Source of the DNA: an uncultured Gemmatimonadales bacterium
Lineage (GTDB): Bacteria > Gemmatimonadota > Gemmatimonadetes > Longimicrobiales > RSA9
Direction of reading: 5' to 3'
Assembly: GCA_963783305.1 (NCBI GenBank)
Contig: CAWAMW010000017.1
Coordinates: 192,001-256,000, forward strand
Length of the DNA: 64,000 nt
Of this stretch, positions 9,924 to 18,937 are shown in pieces. The position numbers and the translations under genes are program-made. Under the pieces are notes generated by a model. It did not search any database, was not told where the DNA came from, and saw nothing but the letters and a program-made list of their open reading frames with translations. Each line of letters starts with the position of its first letter. Within the stretch, counting starts at the first letter, position 1.

Positions 9924-10375
9924 ACGTCCACCGGTCCCGCTGAACCTTGCTCCAACCCGTCCGACCCGTCCTCCAGACGCGCCAGCGTCGCACGCGCATG
10001 GTCGACGTGCCGCTGCGCTTCCTCCCGCTCCGGCGCCAGCTCCAGGAACCGCCGCAGATGCTCCACCGCTTCCTCATCCCGCCCCGACCGCAGCAGGAGG
10101 AACGCCAGACCGTAATGCGCGCCCGCCGCGCCCTCATCGCGCGACAGCACCGACCGGTACGTCTTCATGGCCTCGTCGGTCATTCCGATACGCGTGTGCG
10201 CGATCGCCATCTGCTGCAGGATCGCCACGTCTCCCGGCGACTCCCGCAGCGCCAGACGAAACGACGTCAGCGCTTCGTGGTAGCGGCCCGCCCCCAGGAG
10301 ATCCAATCCTTCCCGGTAGTAGTCCACCGCACTCTCGTGCGCAGGCCCGTTGAACAGCTTTTTCAGAAAGTCCAT
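9920..10375 (-). CDS. Tetratricopeptide repeat protein
   Basis: About three TPR-like repeats; start MDFLKKLF at 10375. Confidence 0.85.
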   Translation of the reverse strand: MDFLKKLFNGPAHESAVDYYREGLDLLGAGRYHEALTSFRLALRESPGDVAILQQMAIAHTRIGMTDEAMKTYRSVLSRDEGAAGAHYGLAFLLLRSGRDEEAVEHLRRFLELAPEREEAQRHVDHARATLARLEDGSDGLEQGSAGPVDV

Positions 10376-10448
10376 GGGATGGGGAAGGGGTGCGTGCCGG
10401 GGCTGATGGGAACAGCCAGAAGATAGAAATGGGCTCCCGCCCACGCAA

Positions 10449-11081
10449 TCACCGGAGCCGACCCGCCACCACCACGTCCGCCTCCGCGGCGAGGACCCGC
10501 AGACCGGCAGCCTCCAGGCGCTCACGGGCGTCCGCAGGCGCCGGCTCCACCAGCAGGCGGCCCGCCGGACCCAGCAGCCGAGCGCCCTCCTCCACCTGCT
10601 CGGCACGGGCCCCCGTGAGCGCGACTCCCCTCATGCTGCCGCTCCGGAGCGGCACCGACGCCCCCACCCTCAACACACTCACTCCCTCCTGAGCCGCGCC
10701 GTCGACCGCTCCACCGCCCGCAAGCACGATCACCGCCACGTCCGGGACCAGACTCCGCAGCAGCCCCGCGTGCGCCACGGCCGGCCCCGCCACCAGCACA
10801 GTACCCCCACCCCCCGTGAGTCCCAGCAGCGCCGCCAGCCGCACCGCCGCCTCCCGGTCCGGCGCCCCCACTCCCCCGTCTCCTCGCGTGCACGACGTCT
10901 CGCCCGGATCCACCCGCAGATCCGCCACCCCACCCTCGACGCCCCACCGCTCCCGGCAGTTCGCACACCCCAGAACCCCCGTCACCACCCCCCGCTGCCG
11001 CACTTCGCTCGGGAGCAGGATGAGACCGTACGAGGGGCCGCACCGGGGGCAGGTCAGGACGTCCGTCAGCGCTAGCTCCAT
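10449..11081 (-). CDS. Trm112-like zinc-binding domain fused to a degenerate methyltransferase-like region
   Basis: LTDVLTCPRCG ... GVLGCANCRERWGVEGGVADL resembles Trm112; the C-terminal assignment is weak. Confidence 0.65.
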   Translation of the reverse strand: MELALTDVLTCPRCGPSYGLILLPSEVRQRGVVTGVLGCANCRERWGVEGGVADLRVDPGETSCTRGDGGVGAPDREAAVRLAALLGLTGGGGTVLVAGPAVAHAGLLRSLVPDVAVIVLAGGGAVDGAAQEGVSVLRVGASVPLRSGSMRGVALTGARAEQVEEGARLLGPAGRLLVEPAPADARERLEAAGLRVLAAEADVVVAGRLR

Positions 11082-11169
11082 ACCCGCGATGGTACGACCC
11101 CCCGCCGCGCCGCGCCATCCCTCCCTCCCACCGCCCCCTCTCCGCCTCCACCACCCGCCCGTCGGGCAC

Positions 11170-11186
11170 TGTCTGGAGATCCGACA
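11170..11186. promoter_or_regulatory. Candidate enhancer (bEBP UAS) TGTCTGG-AGA-TCCGACA
   Basis: 17-bp imperfect palindrome ~165 bp upstream of a sigma54-type element; similar sites at 17058-17154. Confidence 0.4.
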
Positions 11187-11307
11187 GATCCACCAGCGCA
11201 CGCGTCGATCACCGCGTCGCCTCGGGCTGCACGCCTGGCGCACGGAAATCCCACACTCCGCAAAAAGTAGCGGAAATTTGTAGCAGATACGCTGGGGGCT
11301 ATACAGG

Positions 11308-11332
11308 TAAATGGTTGTGGTACAACAGGTTG
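11308..11332. promoter_or_regulatory. 25-bp palindrome, copy 1 (double inverted IHF-like core)
   Basis: TAAATGGTTG-TGGTA-CAACAGGTTG; CAA-N4-TTR on both strands. Confidence 0.6.
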
Positions 11333-11349
11333 AGAAACTTACCAAATAA

Positions 11350-11364
11350 CGGCCCCGCAGTTGC
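11350..11364 (+). promoter_or_regulatory. Sigma54-type promoter for the pilin operon
   Basis: CGGCCCCGCAGTTGC = GG-N10-GC with TTGC; 17 bp downstream of the palindrome and upstream of AGGAGG RBS. Confidence 0.55.
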
Positions 11365-11426
11365 CCTGATCCAGGCCGGCAGAATCAGAATGACACGGCG
11401 AATCGACACCCACAGGAGGGGCACAC

Positions 11427-11927
11427 ATGAAGAAGCTCGCGATCGTTACTCTGGTAGCAGCGGCGGCTCTGGCACTGCCGGAGCTGGCATTCGCGCAGGC
11501 CATCACCGCCAGCGCGACAGTGAACTCACTCTTCAGCGAGGGTCTGACCCAGGGCCTGACGTTCAATGCGGTGAACCCGGGAACGGCAGCGGCGGTGGAT
11601 ATCACGAGCGGCACGGGCGGCACGCCGGGGTATGTGGAGTTCAACTACAACGCGAACTACAAGGTGACGGCGACGACCCTCCCCGCCACCCTGACAAATG
11701 GCGGCACTTCGACCCTGTCGGTAGCTTGGATGTGTGGGACGTCGTCGGCCGTGGGCATAAACCCCGCGGCGTCGGCGGCGTGTGTACAGGGCAATGTGGT
11801 GGACAGCGACAACGCTGTGGCGGATTTCGGAACCGTGGTGGTGTGGCTCGGTGGCTCAATCGCCAACACGGACGTCCTGGCCGGAACGTACACCGGGAAC
11901 ATCACCTTCACGATCTCGGCGTTCTGA
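11427..11927 (+). CDS. Secreted pilin-like protein (DUF4402-type), probable major subunit
   Basis: Signal peptide (AFA-Q), N-terminal alternating strand AITASATV, Cys pair, C-terminal AGTYTGNITFTI; strong RBS. Confidence 0.7.
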   Translation: MKKLAIVTLVAAAALALPELAFAQAITASATVNSLFSEGLTQGLTFNAVNPGTAAAVDITSGTGGTPGYVEFNYNANYKVTATTLPATLTNGGTSTLSVAWMCGTSSAVGINPAASAACVQGNVVDSDNAVADFGTVVVWLGGSIANTDVLAGTYTGNITFTISAF

Positions 11928-11956
11928 TCGAGTCGTAGCAATGGGAGGGCACGGCG

Positions 11957-12469
11957 ATGCGGTTCCGCTTCGAGAATCCTGCGAGGATCATCGGCGGAGC
12001 CGTTTTCGTCTCGGCCCTGCTGGTGTCCCCTCCCGGGGCATACGCCCAGGGAGTTGGCGGGGGGGCGGGTGGAGGAGGAGAGGCCACCGTACAGCCGGTT
12101 CAGGGCCTCGAGTTCGGACTGCTCATTCCCGGCACTCCCATGCGTGTGCGGCCGGATGATGTGGGGCGGCGCGGCGAGCTGCAGGTCTCTGGAAGGGGGC
12201 AGTACCAGGTCCGGTTCGTTCTTCCCGCGTCTCTCGTGTCGGCTGAGGGGGCCAGTATCCCGGTCGAGTTCGGTCCCGGTGACGCGGCGGTGGTACGGGG
12301 CACTGCGGGGTCACCGCAGCTGTTCGATCCCAGTGTGGGAGCGGGCGTCTCCTTGACGGCAGGCATCAGCGAGGCGCAGTTGTTTCTCGGCGGAACGGCG
12401 CGACCGGCGGGGAATCAGGCGGCCGGGACGTACTCGGCGAGTGTCACGGTTCTGGTGGCCCGAAACTGA
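11957..12469 (+). CDS. Secreted pilin-like protein (DUF4402-type)
   Basis: Signal peptide (AYA-Q), VQGLEFG, LFLGGTARP, C-terminal AGTYSASVTVLV. Confidence 0.7.
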   Translation: MRFRFENPARIIGGAVFVSALLVSPPGAYAQGVGGGAGGGGEATVQPVQGLEFGLLIPGTPMRVRPDDVGRRGELQVSGRGQYQVRFVLPASLVSAEGASIPVEFGPGDAAVVRGTAGSPQLFDPSVGAGVSLTAGISEAQLFLGGTARPAGNQAAGTYSASVTVLVARN

Positions 12470-13386
12470 TGGTGACGAAGAAAGAGGGCGGGATGGTCAG
12501 GCTCATGGGGACAGTGAAGAGGCGGGGACCGCTGGCAGTTGCGGCGGTCTTCGCTGTGCTGTTGCTCCCCATCCTGGCGGATGCGGTGTCGGTTAGCCCG
12601 GTGGCGCTCTACATGGATCACCGAACCCGGTCGGAGACGCTCACGCTCTACAACTCGGGGACGACGACGGAGGAGATCGAGATCTCTTTCGCGTTTGGCT
12701 ATGCCCGCTCCGACTCGACAGGCGACGTGAGCGTGTTCTTCAGCGATGATCCCGCGCCGGCAGGCGAGCCGTCGGTGGTTCCCTACCTGAGGGCCTTCCC
12801 GCGCCAGCTGCGCCTCGCTCCCGGGGAGCGGCAGGTCGTCCGCATCCTGGTCACACCGCCGGCGGACCTGCCCGCCGGCGAGTACTGGGGGCGCGTGATG
12901 GTCACGTCGCGTGGCGGACAGCCGCCCATCGAGGAGTCCCGCGGCGACGTCCAGATGCAGCTCAGTCTGACCACCGTGATCGCGGTCGCCCTCAACTACC
13001 GGCATGGCGAAGTCGCCACCGGGCTGGCGGTCCGGTCGGTCGACGCGGTGCAGACGGAGGAGACGATCGAGTTCATCGCGGACGTGGAGCGGATCGGCAA
13101 CGCCGCCTTCCTCGGCCGCGTTGTCGCGGAGGTCGTGGACGCGGACGGCAATGTGGTCGCGGAGCACGTGGAGGACATGGTTGCCTACGTCCCCACACTG
13201 TGGCGCTTCTCCATACCGCGGCCCGCAGGGACTCTGGGAGCGGGAGCGGTGGTGAGGTACCGGTTCGAGGCGGAGCGGGCCGGGGTGCCCGCAGGGGCCA
13301 TCCTCCCGGCCGAGCCCGTCCGCGGCACCGCACCGATCCGGCCGGTCGCCAACGCGCCCACACCAACGTCCCACCCCGACCGATGA
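12469..13386 (+). CDS. Fimbrial chaperone-like protein (PapD-like Ig fold)
   Basis: Signal peptide, VSVSPVALY, LTLYNSG, PRQLRLAPGERQVVRI, LPAGEYWG, RIGNA; start uncertain. Confidence 0.75.
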   Translation: MVTKKEGGMVRLMGTVKRRGPLAVAAVFAVLLLPILADAVSVSPVALYMDHRTRSETLTLYNSGTTTEEIEISFAFGYARSDSTGDVSVFFSDDPAPAGEPSVVPYLRAFPRQLRLAPGERQVVRILVTPPADLPAGEYWGRVMVTSRGGQPPIEESRGDVQMQLSLTTVIAVALNYRHGEVATGLAVRSVDAVQTEETIEFIADVERIGNAAFLGRVVAEVVDADGNVVAEHVEDMVAYVPTLWRFSIPRPAGTLGAGAVVRYRFEAERAGVPAGAILPAEPVRGTAPIRPVANAPTPTSHPDR

Positions 13387-13934
13387 GCACCGGCGCGCGA
13401 CTGCTGGCGCTGTTCCTTGCGGTCGGCGTGCTCGGCGCCCCCACCGGAGTCCGTGCTCAGGGTGGGACGCTGGCCGCCAGCGTGAACATCCTGCTACCTC
13501 CGGCCAGCGGCAGCGGTCTGAGGGGGCTGGAATTCGGGACGGTCACGCCCGGGACCCCCGCGGAGGTCCTGCCCATCGCGCCGCTCAGCGGCTGGTTTCA
13601 GCTGACGAGTGTGAATCGGAAGACCAATGTTCGGCTCACGTTCACGCTGCCCTCCGTGCTGATCCGGGCTGGCGGCAGCCAGGCACTGCCGATCTTCTTC
13701 GATGGCCCCTACGTCCGCTCGTGCGGGAACGGCTGCCAGACCCACACGATCACTCCTACCCCGCTCAACGCTACGCAATCGACGGCCGAGGCCATCCACG
13801 TTCGCCCCGGCCCCCCCTGGGGTGCCAACCCCACCGTCATCGACGTGTACATAGGAGGCCGGGTGGAACCGACACCGGCGCAGCTGGCCGGCTCGTACCT
13901 GGGCACCATCCAGCTCACGTTCGCGGCTCTCTGA
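13383..13934 (+). CDS. Secreted pilin-like protein (DUF4402-type)
   Basis: Signal peptide (VRA-Q), TLAASVNIL, LRGLEFG, CGNGC, VYIGGRV, AGSYLGTIQLTF; ATGA overlap with the chaperone gene. Confidence 0.7.
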   Translation: MSTGARLLALFLAVGVLGAPTGVRAQGGTLAASVNILLPPASGSGLRGLEFGTVTPGTPAEVLPIAPLSGWFQLTSVNRKTNVRLTFTLPSVLIRAGGSQALPIFFDGPYVRSCGNGCQTHTITPTPLNATQSTAEAIHVRPGPPWGANPTVIDVYIGGRVEPTPAQLAGSYLGTIQLTFAAL

Positions 13935-13966
13935 GCCGCGCGGCGAGCCCCCTTCCGCGCTCCGCC

Positions 13967-16477
13967 ATGCGCCGCACGCTAGCGGTCGTGATCCTCGCGG
14001 CGGCGGCCGCCGCGGCTGTTCCGACGTGCGGTACCGCTCAACAGCTGCCGGCGCACGTGGAGGAGGGCCTCTTCGAGGTGCTCGTCCCGGCCCTCGGAGC
14101 GATCACGGTGCCCGTCCTGGTGGATACCGCCCAGGCGGTCCTGCTCCCGCTCGAGCCCGTTCTCAGCCACCTGGGCTTTCTCGTCGAGACCGGCCCCCTG
14201 CAAGCGGCCTGGCGACCGGCCGCGGCGGCGCCCGAAAGCCGGCTCCAGCTAACCCCGCCGCATTACCGCGACGTCGACGGAGACACCCTCTCCCTCCCGC
14301 CAAGCTCCGTCCTCCGGTACGGCGGCGAGGTCTTCGTCAGCACGGCCGCCCTGGGCGTATTGCTGGGCGCCGAGATCGAGGTGGACTGGGGTGCACTTCG
14401 GGTGGTGCTGACCCGCAGGGACCCGCCCTTCCCCGCCCACGCCCGCGCGCTGGTCGAGGCCCGCCGCAGTCGGCTGGCGAGGCCGGAGCGCGGTGCGGGC
14501 GCCCCCTCGGTGCCGTACACCCCGCGCACGGGGGGCGGAATCCTGGACTGGAGCCTGGGCACTTCTCCACTGGAGGATCGGACCCTTGCACGCGTCGCAC
14601 TCGGTGCCGCGATTCTCGGCGGCGACCTGGTGGTCGGCGGATCCGTGGTCACGGGCGACTCCCCCGACCGCGCGGGCGAGGTATCCTACCGCCGCATCTT
14701 CCCCGAGCGGCGCTGGATCAACCAACTGCTGCTGGGGCAGGTCGTCACCCAGGACCTGGCACCCCGATCGATCATGGGCGCGGTCGTGTCGAACATCCCC
14801 CAGCAGCGCGACGCCCATTTCAGCGACGTTGCCATCGCTCCGGACATCCCGGAGGGATGGGAGTTCGAGGTGTACCAGGGCGGTCGCCTCGTCGGGTTCT
14901 CCAGCGCCGGCGCAGATGAGGCCGTGCTCGTGCCCGTCCGGTACGGTCAGACACCCGTCGAGGTGCGAATGGTGGGACCGTCCGGGGAGGAAGTGGTGTC
15001 GCAATACCGTTACCTGGTTCCGATCACACACCTCCCGCCCGGGCGGACGGAGTACTCCGCGGGCGTGGGCGTCTGCCCCGCCGACCGCTGCGACGGGATC
15101 GGCTACGGCGAGCTTCGACACGGCTGGGGGCAACGGCTCACTCTCGGCGGTGGTGTCCAGGCGCTCTCCGAAGACGGGGAGCTGAGGGTCAGGCCGTCCG
15201 CCCTGGCGAGCTTCGCGCCCGATCGCCACTGGGCTCTCGAAATGGAGGCGCGCGCCGAGGAGTTCGTCCGCGCCTCCGTGGATCGCATGGGAGACGACGG
15301 GCGGCACGTGGGTGTCGATGCATCTCTCCACCAGTCGATTTTCGGTCAGCCCTCTTTCCTGCCGGGATCGGGTGCGCGCTGGCAGCTGCAGGGCCAGGCG
15401 GGGGCCCACCCCGTTCACGTGACCGGCCGGATCGATGGGGTGGCGGGCGACGGAATCGAGCGGGTTCGCCTCGCCGCTGGCCGCTCGCTCCCGCGGGGGT
15501 TCGGTGAACTGGCCGTGGAGGGCGGCCCTTTCGGCGCTGACCGCGTCACCGGCCGCGCCACCACGATCCTCCCCGAGCGCCTTTGGGCGTTCGGACGACC
15601 CATCGCCGTTTCCGGCAGCATGAGCGCCACCGCCGACGGGCTGCGGCTCCTGGAGTTGAGCAGCTCGATGCGGCCTCGGCGCGAAAGCTACCTGAGCGCC
15701 GCCCTCCAGTGGAACGGGGAGCGCGACGAGCTCCACCTAAAGGTCACCTTCCGACAGGTGCTCCAGGCCGCGCGCCTCGACGCCGCCCTCTCCCAGCGCT
15801 CCGCCAACTCCAGCCTCACCATGTCCGCCAACGGCTCCATCGCGATCGGCGGGGTACGCGGCTCCCATTTCTCCAGTCGAGACCTCCAGCGACGAGCCGG
15901 CGTCGTCGGCCGCGTCTACTACGACCGGAACGGAAACCGCGCGTTCGACGATGGCGAACAGCCCGCCCCCGACGTCTCGGTACTCGTGGGCGGCATGCGT
16001 ACCAGGACGGACGACGACGGGCTCTACCGCGCGTGGAACGTTACCCCCTACGAGGTCACTGCCGTCTCCGTCGACACCCTCTCGGGGATCGACCCGCGCT
16101 ACACCGTCCTCACCGGCGGCACACTCCTGCGCCCCGTTCCACACCTCCCAAACCGCGTGGACTTCCCGCTCACCGAGACGCGCGAGCTCCTCGGCCGCGT
16201 CCAGAGGGAGAACGGAAAAGGCGTCGGTGGCGTCGAGATCGAGATCCTGAGCGCCCATGGTGACCCCGTCCAGACCCTCCGGACCTTCACCGACGGGACC
16301 TTCTACGTGAGCCGCCTCCTGCCCGGCGATTGGCGCGTGCGGATCGCCAGCCGATCACTCCGCGCACTCGGCGTGGCTTCCGCACCGCCCGAGGTCACCG
16401 TCCACATCCGCCTCCAGGAGTCCGAGCCGCTGCTGGAAATCCCACCCTTCGTACTGCGCGAGGACGCGGAGCCCTGA
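13967..16477 (+). CDS. Usher-like outer membrane protein with C-terminal carboxypeptidase-regulatory/SdrD-like Ig domains
   Basis: 836 aa, signal peptide, amphipathic beta strands, plug-like PEGWEFEVYQGG...VRMVGPSGE, GRVYYDRNGN, TFTDGTFYV. Confidence 0.65.
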   Translation: MRRTLAVVILAAAAAAAVPTCGTAQQLPAHVEEGLFEVLVPALGAITVPVLVDTAQAVLLPLEPVLSHLGFLVETGPLQAAWRPAAAAPESRLQLTPPHYRDVDGDTLSLPPSSVLRYGGEVFVSTAALGVLLGAEIEVDWGALRVVLTRRDPPFPAHARALVEARRSRLARPERGAGAPSVPYTPRTGGGILDWSLGTSPLEDRTLARVALGAAILGGDLVVGGSVVTGDSPDRAGEVSYRRIFPERRWINQLLLGQVVTQDLAPRSIMGAVVSNIPQQRDAHFSDVAIAPDIPEGWEFEVYQGGRLVGFSSAGADEAVLVPVRYGQTPVEVRMVGPSGEEVVSQYRYLVPITHLPPGRTEYSAGVGVCPADRCDGIGYGELRHGWGQRLTLGGGVQALSEDGELRVRPSALASFAPDRHWALEMEARAEEFVRASVDRMGDDGRHVGVDASLHQSIFGQPSFLPGSGARWQLQGQAGAHPVHVTGRIDGVAGDGIERVRLAAGRSLPRGFGELAVEGGPFGADRVTGRATTILPERLWAFGRPIAVSGSMSATADGLRLLELSSSMRPRRESYLSAALQWNGERDELHLKVTFRQVLQAARLDAALSQRSANSSLTMSANGSIAIGGVRGSHFSSRDLQRRAGVVGRVYYDRNGNRAFDDGEQPAPDVSVLVGGMRTRTDDDGLYRAWNVTPYEVTAVSVDTLSGIDPRYTVLTGGTLLRPVPHLPNRVDFPLTETRELLGRVQRENGKGVGGVEIEILSAHGDPVQTLRTFTDGTFYVSRLLPGDWRVRIASRSLRALGVASAPPEVTVHIRLQESEPLLEIPPFVLREDAEP

Positions 16478-16569
16478 CCCCGGTCCGCCAACCGAGGGAA
16501 CCACTACGATCGAATGGCCGTTCCAAGGCGGCCATCACCGATCGCTCCAGCACGGATTTGCGCCGCGAA

Positions 16570-16926
16570 TCAAGGGGCGGCCAGCACCACCCGCACGGGA
16601 ACCGCGCTCGTACCCGAGTCCCGCGCCAGAGTCGCCCAGTCGGACGCCGACAGCTCCAGCCGACCCGCGGGTCCAGGGTCACGAGTCACTGCGTAGCCCT
16701 CAGCACCCACCCGCACGCTCACCGTCCACCGGTGCCTCCCCTCCACAACCACCGCCGGCTCACCTTCCGCGACACCGGAGGCCTCGATCCGCACCGATGG
16801 CTGCACGCTCGGCGCAAGCACCGTCACACTGGCCTGAATACTGGCTGATTGCGCCTCCGACGCGGTCGGACACACCGCCAGCAGAGCCAGCGCCGCCACC
16901 ACAACTGCCTGACCCGTGAATCTCAT
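16570..16926 (-). CDS. Short secreted beta-rich protein with pilin-like N-terminal strand
   Basis: Signal peptide (SEA-Q) followed by SASIQASVTVL; GAGGAG RBS; 118 aa. Confidence 0.65.
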   Translation of the reverse strand: MRFTGQAVVVAALALLAVCPTASEAQSASIQASVTVLAPSVQPSVRIEASGVAEGEPAVVVEGRHRWTVSVRVGAEGYAVTRDPGPAGRLELSASDWATLARDSGTSAVPVRVVLAAP

Positions 16927-16964
16927 GCGACTCCTCGAGCGGGAAGATCTCAGGAGTCAGGCGG

Positions 16965-16980
16965 TGCGAGAACCGTGCTA
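16965..16980 (-). promoter_or_regulatory. Degenerate sigma54-type promoter
   Basis: Minus strand TAGCACGGTTCTCGCA vs consensus TGGCACG-N4-TTGCW (AG instead of GG); 16 bp from palindrome copy 2. Confidence 0.35.
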
Positions 16981-16996
16981 CGCGGACAATATGAGG

Positions 16997-17021
16997 GAAA
17001 CCGTTGGTGGACAACACTTTA
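16997..17021. promoter_or_regulatory. 25-bp palindrome, copy 2
   Basis: GAAACCGTTG-GTGGA-CAACACTTTA. Confidence 0.55.
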
Positions 17022-17057
17022 TAAGTATATCCACCCTCGCGCTCCAGGCACCCGGGC

Positions 17058-17154
17058 TGTCCGGGATCCAGACGCCTGGAGCGGTGAATACGGATCTTGT
17101 GAAGGGGATCCTGGGCCGGCATCCGAAAACCAGACACTGTGTGAATCCCGGACA
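17058..17154. promoter_or_regulatory. Three candidate enhancer sites, TGTCYGG-N3-CCRGACA-like
   Basis: TGTCCGGGATCCAGACG (17058), CATCCGAAAACCAGACA (17120), TGTGTGAATCCCGGACA (17138). Confidence 0.4.
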
Positions 17155-17201
17155 CCACCGGGTAATCGCCGGTCCACGCGCTGCTCGGCCGGCGACCCCG
17201 G

Positions 17202-17588
17202 TCAGAAGGCGAGGGTCTTCTCGGAGTACAGCGCGAACTGGGTGGGCGTCTCCCACACCTTCACGTAGAGGAGCGCGGCGGCCATGTCGGTCGGGAGTCG
17301 CTGCTTCAGCTCATCGAAGAAGAAGCGGGCCTGGTTCTCGGCAGAGGGCTCGACCTCGTCGAAAGGCGGGAGCTCGTTGATGTTCTCATGATCGAGCCAG
17401 TCGGCAAGCTCGCGCGTGTGCCTCTTCACGTCGACGAAGTCGAAGGCCAGACCGGCCGCGTTCAGCTCGTCGGACATTAGTGCGACTTCCACCACATAGC
17501 GGTGGCCGTGAAGCCTCTCGCACTTCCCCTTGTAGTTGCGGAGGAAATGGGCCGAGTCGTAATGGGCCTGCACACTGACGACGTACAT
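17202..17588 (-). CDS. queD: 6-carboxy-5,6,7,8-tetrahydropterin synthase (QueD/PTPS-I type)
   Basis: SAHFL, C-X3-HGH (CERLHGH), LDHENIN, PSAEN, VWETP. Confidence 0.8.
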   Translation of the reverse strand: MYVVSVQAHYDSAHFLRNYKGKCERLHGHRYVVEVALMSDELNAAGLAFDFVDVKRHTRELADWLDHENINELPPFDEVEPSAENQARFFFDELKQRLPTDMAAALLYVKVWETPTQFALYSEKTLAF

Positions 17589-17590
17589 GG

Positions 17591-18361
17591 TCAACTCCGT
17601 TGGACTGCGACCGTAGGGATGTGGACTCCCGGCGGCCGCGATAGGACGAACAGAACGGCGTCGGCGATGGCCTGGGCCGTGAGCATTTCACTGCGCGCGG
17701 GAAGATCCGGCCGCCCGTCCGGATCGATGGGATCCCAGATTGGGGTGTCGGTGGCGGCGGGCTCCACGAGGGTCGCGCGCACGCCGGTGCCACGGAGCTC
17801 CTGCACCAGGACCTCGTGCATTCCCCGCACGCCGAACTTGGACGCCGAGTACGCGGCGTTGCCGGGGAAGGCTGTCCTCCCGGCCACGGAACCGATGGTG
17901 ACGATGTGCCCGGCCCCGGCGGCGAGCATGGACGGGAGTAGGGCGCGGGTAACGAGGAACGGCGCGGTCAGGTTGCCGTCTATCATGCGCTGGAACATCC
18001 GGGGCTCGGTCTCCGCCAGGGGCGCGAGGTCGAACGCGCCCACCGCGTGGACAACGGCAAACAGTGGCCCCTCGTCCAGCACGGCCTCGGCCAGCGCCCC
18101 GACGGCGTCGGCGTCCGACGCATCGGCGGGAAGGGCGCGCGCCCCGGTGTCGGCCGCCAGGTGGTGCAGCCGCTCCGCTCCGCGCGCGGTCGCCAGCACG
18201 CGCGCGCCCCGGCCGGTCAGTCTACGGACGACTGCCGCGCCGATCCCTCCGGTCGCACCCGTCACCAGAATGAGTCGGCCCGTCAGGTCGACCGCGTCGA
18301 TGCTCCCGCCGACGTCAGAGGGTCCAGCCCGGCCCGGATCCACCTCAGTCGATGATGCCAT
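17591..18361 (-). CDS. SDR family oxidoreductase (possible sepiapterin-reductase role)
   Basis: [15 protein letters not shown]; lies within the pterin operon. Confidence 0.85.
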   Translation of the reverse strand: MASSTEVDPGRAGPSDVGGSIDAVDLTGRLILVTGATGGIGAAVVRRLTGRGARVLATARGAERLHHLAADTGARALPADASDADAVGALAEAVLDEGPLFAVVHAVGAFDLAPLAETEPRMFQRMIDGNLTAPFLVTRALLPSMLAAGAGHIVTIGSVAGRTAFPGNAAYSASKFGVRGMHEVLVQELRGTGVRATLVEPAATDTPIWDPIDPDGRPDLPARSEMLTAQAIADAVLFVLSRPPGVHIPTVAVQRS

Positions 18362-18935
18362 TCGACATCGTCAGTCGGAGGAACTCCTCGCGGGTCCTGA
18401 TGTCCTCGAGGAACACACCCTTCATTGCACTGGTGATGGTCTTCGAGTTCTGCTTCTCCACGCCACGCATCATCATGCACAGGTGATAGGCCTCCACGAC
18501 CACCCCCACGCCTTCCGGCTTCAGCACCTCCTGGATGGCGTCGGCCACCTGCTCCGTGAGCCGCTCCTGCACCTGGAGCCGACGCGCGAACACGTCCACG
18601 ATCCGCGGGACCTTGCTGAGTCCCAGGATCCGACCGTTCGGGATGTACGCCACATGCACCTTCCCGAAGAACGGCAGCATGTGATGCTCGCACAACGAGT
18701 ACATCTCGATGTCCTTCACCACCACCATGTTGTGATGGTCCTCGTTGAAGATGGCCGTGCCGATCACATCCTCCACCGCCTGACCGTATCCCCGCGTCAG
18801 CCACTTCAGGCTGTCCGCCACCCGGTCCGGCGTCCGCAGCAATCCCTCCCGCTCCGGATCCTCACCCAGTCGCGACAGCAGCTCCCTGACCAGATCCCGT
18901 GTCTCCACCGTCTCCAGCTCCGACCCGCTCCCCAT
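18345..18935 (-). CDS. folE: GTP cyclohydrolase I
   Basis: [45 protein letters not shown]. Confidence 0.97.
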   Translation of the reverse strand: MGSGSELETVETRDLVRELLSRLGEDPEREGLLRTPDRVADSLKWLTRGYGQAVEDVIGTAIFNEDHHNMVVVKDIEMYSLCEHHMLPFFGKVHVAYIPNGRILGLSKVPRIVDVFARRLQVQERLTEQVADAIQEVLKPEGVGVVVEAYHLCMMMRGVEKQNSKTITSAMKGVFLEDIRTREEFLRLTMSNGIID

Positions 18936-18937
18936 CC

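Noticed and set aside
11100..17200. Pilus locus as a horizontally acquired island or prophage
   Set aside because: There is no integrase, tRNA attachment site, flanking direct repeat or clear composition shift in the coding regions.
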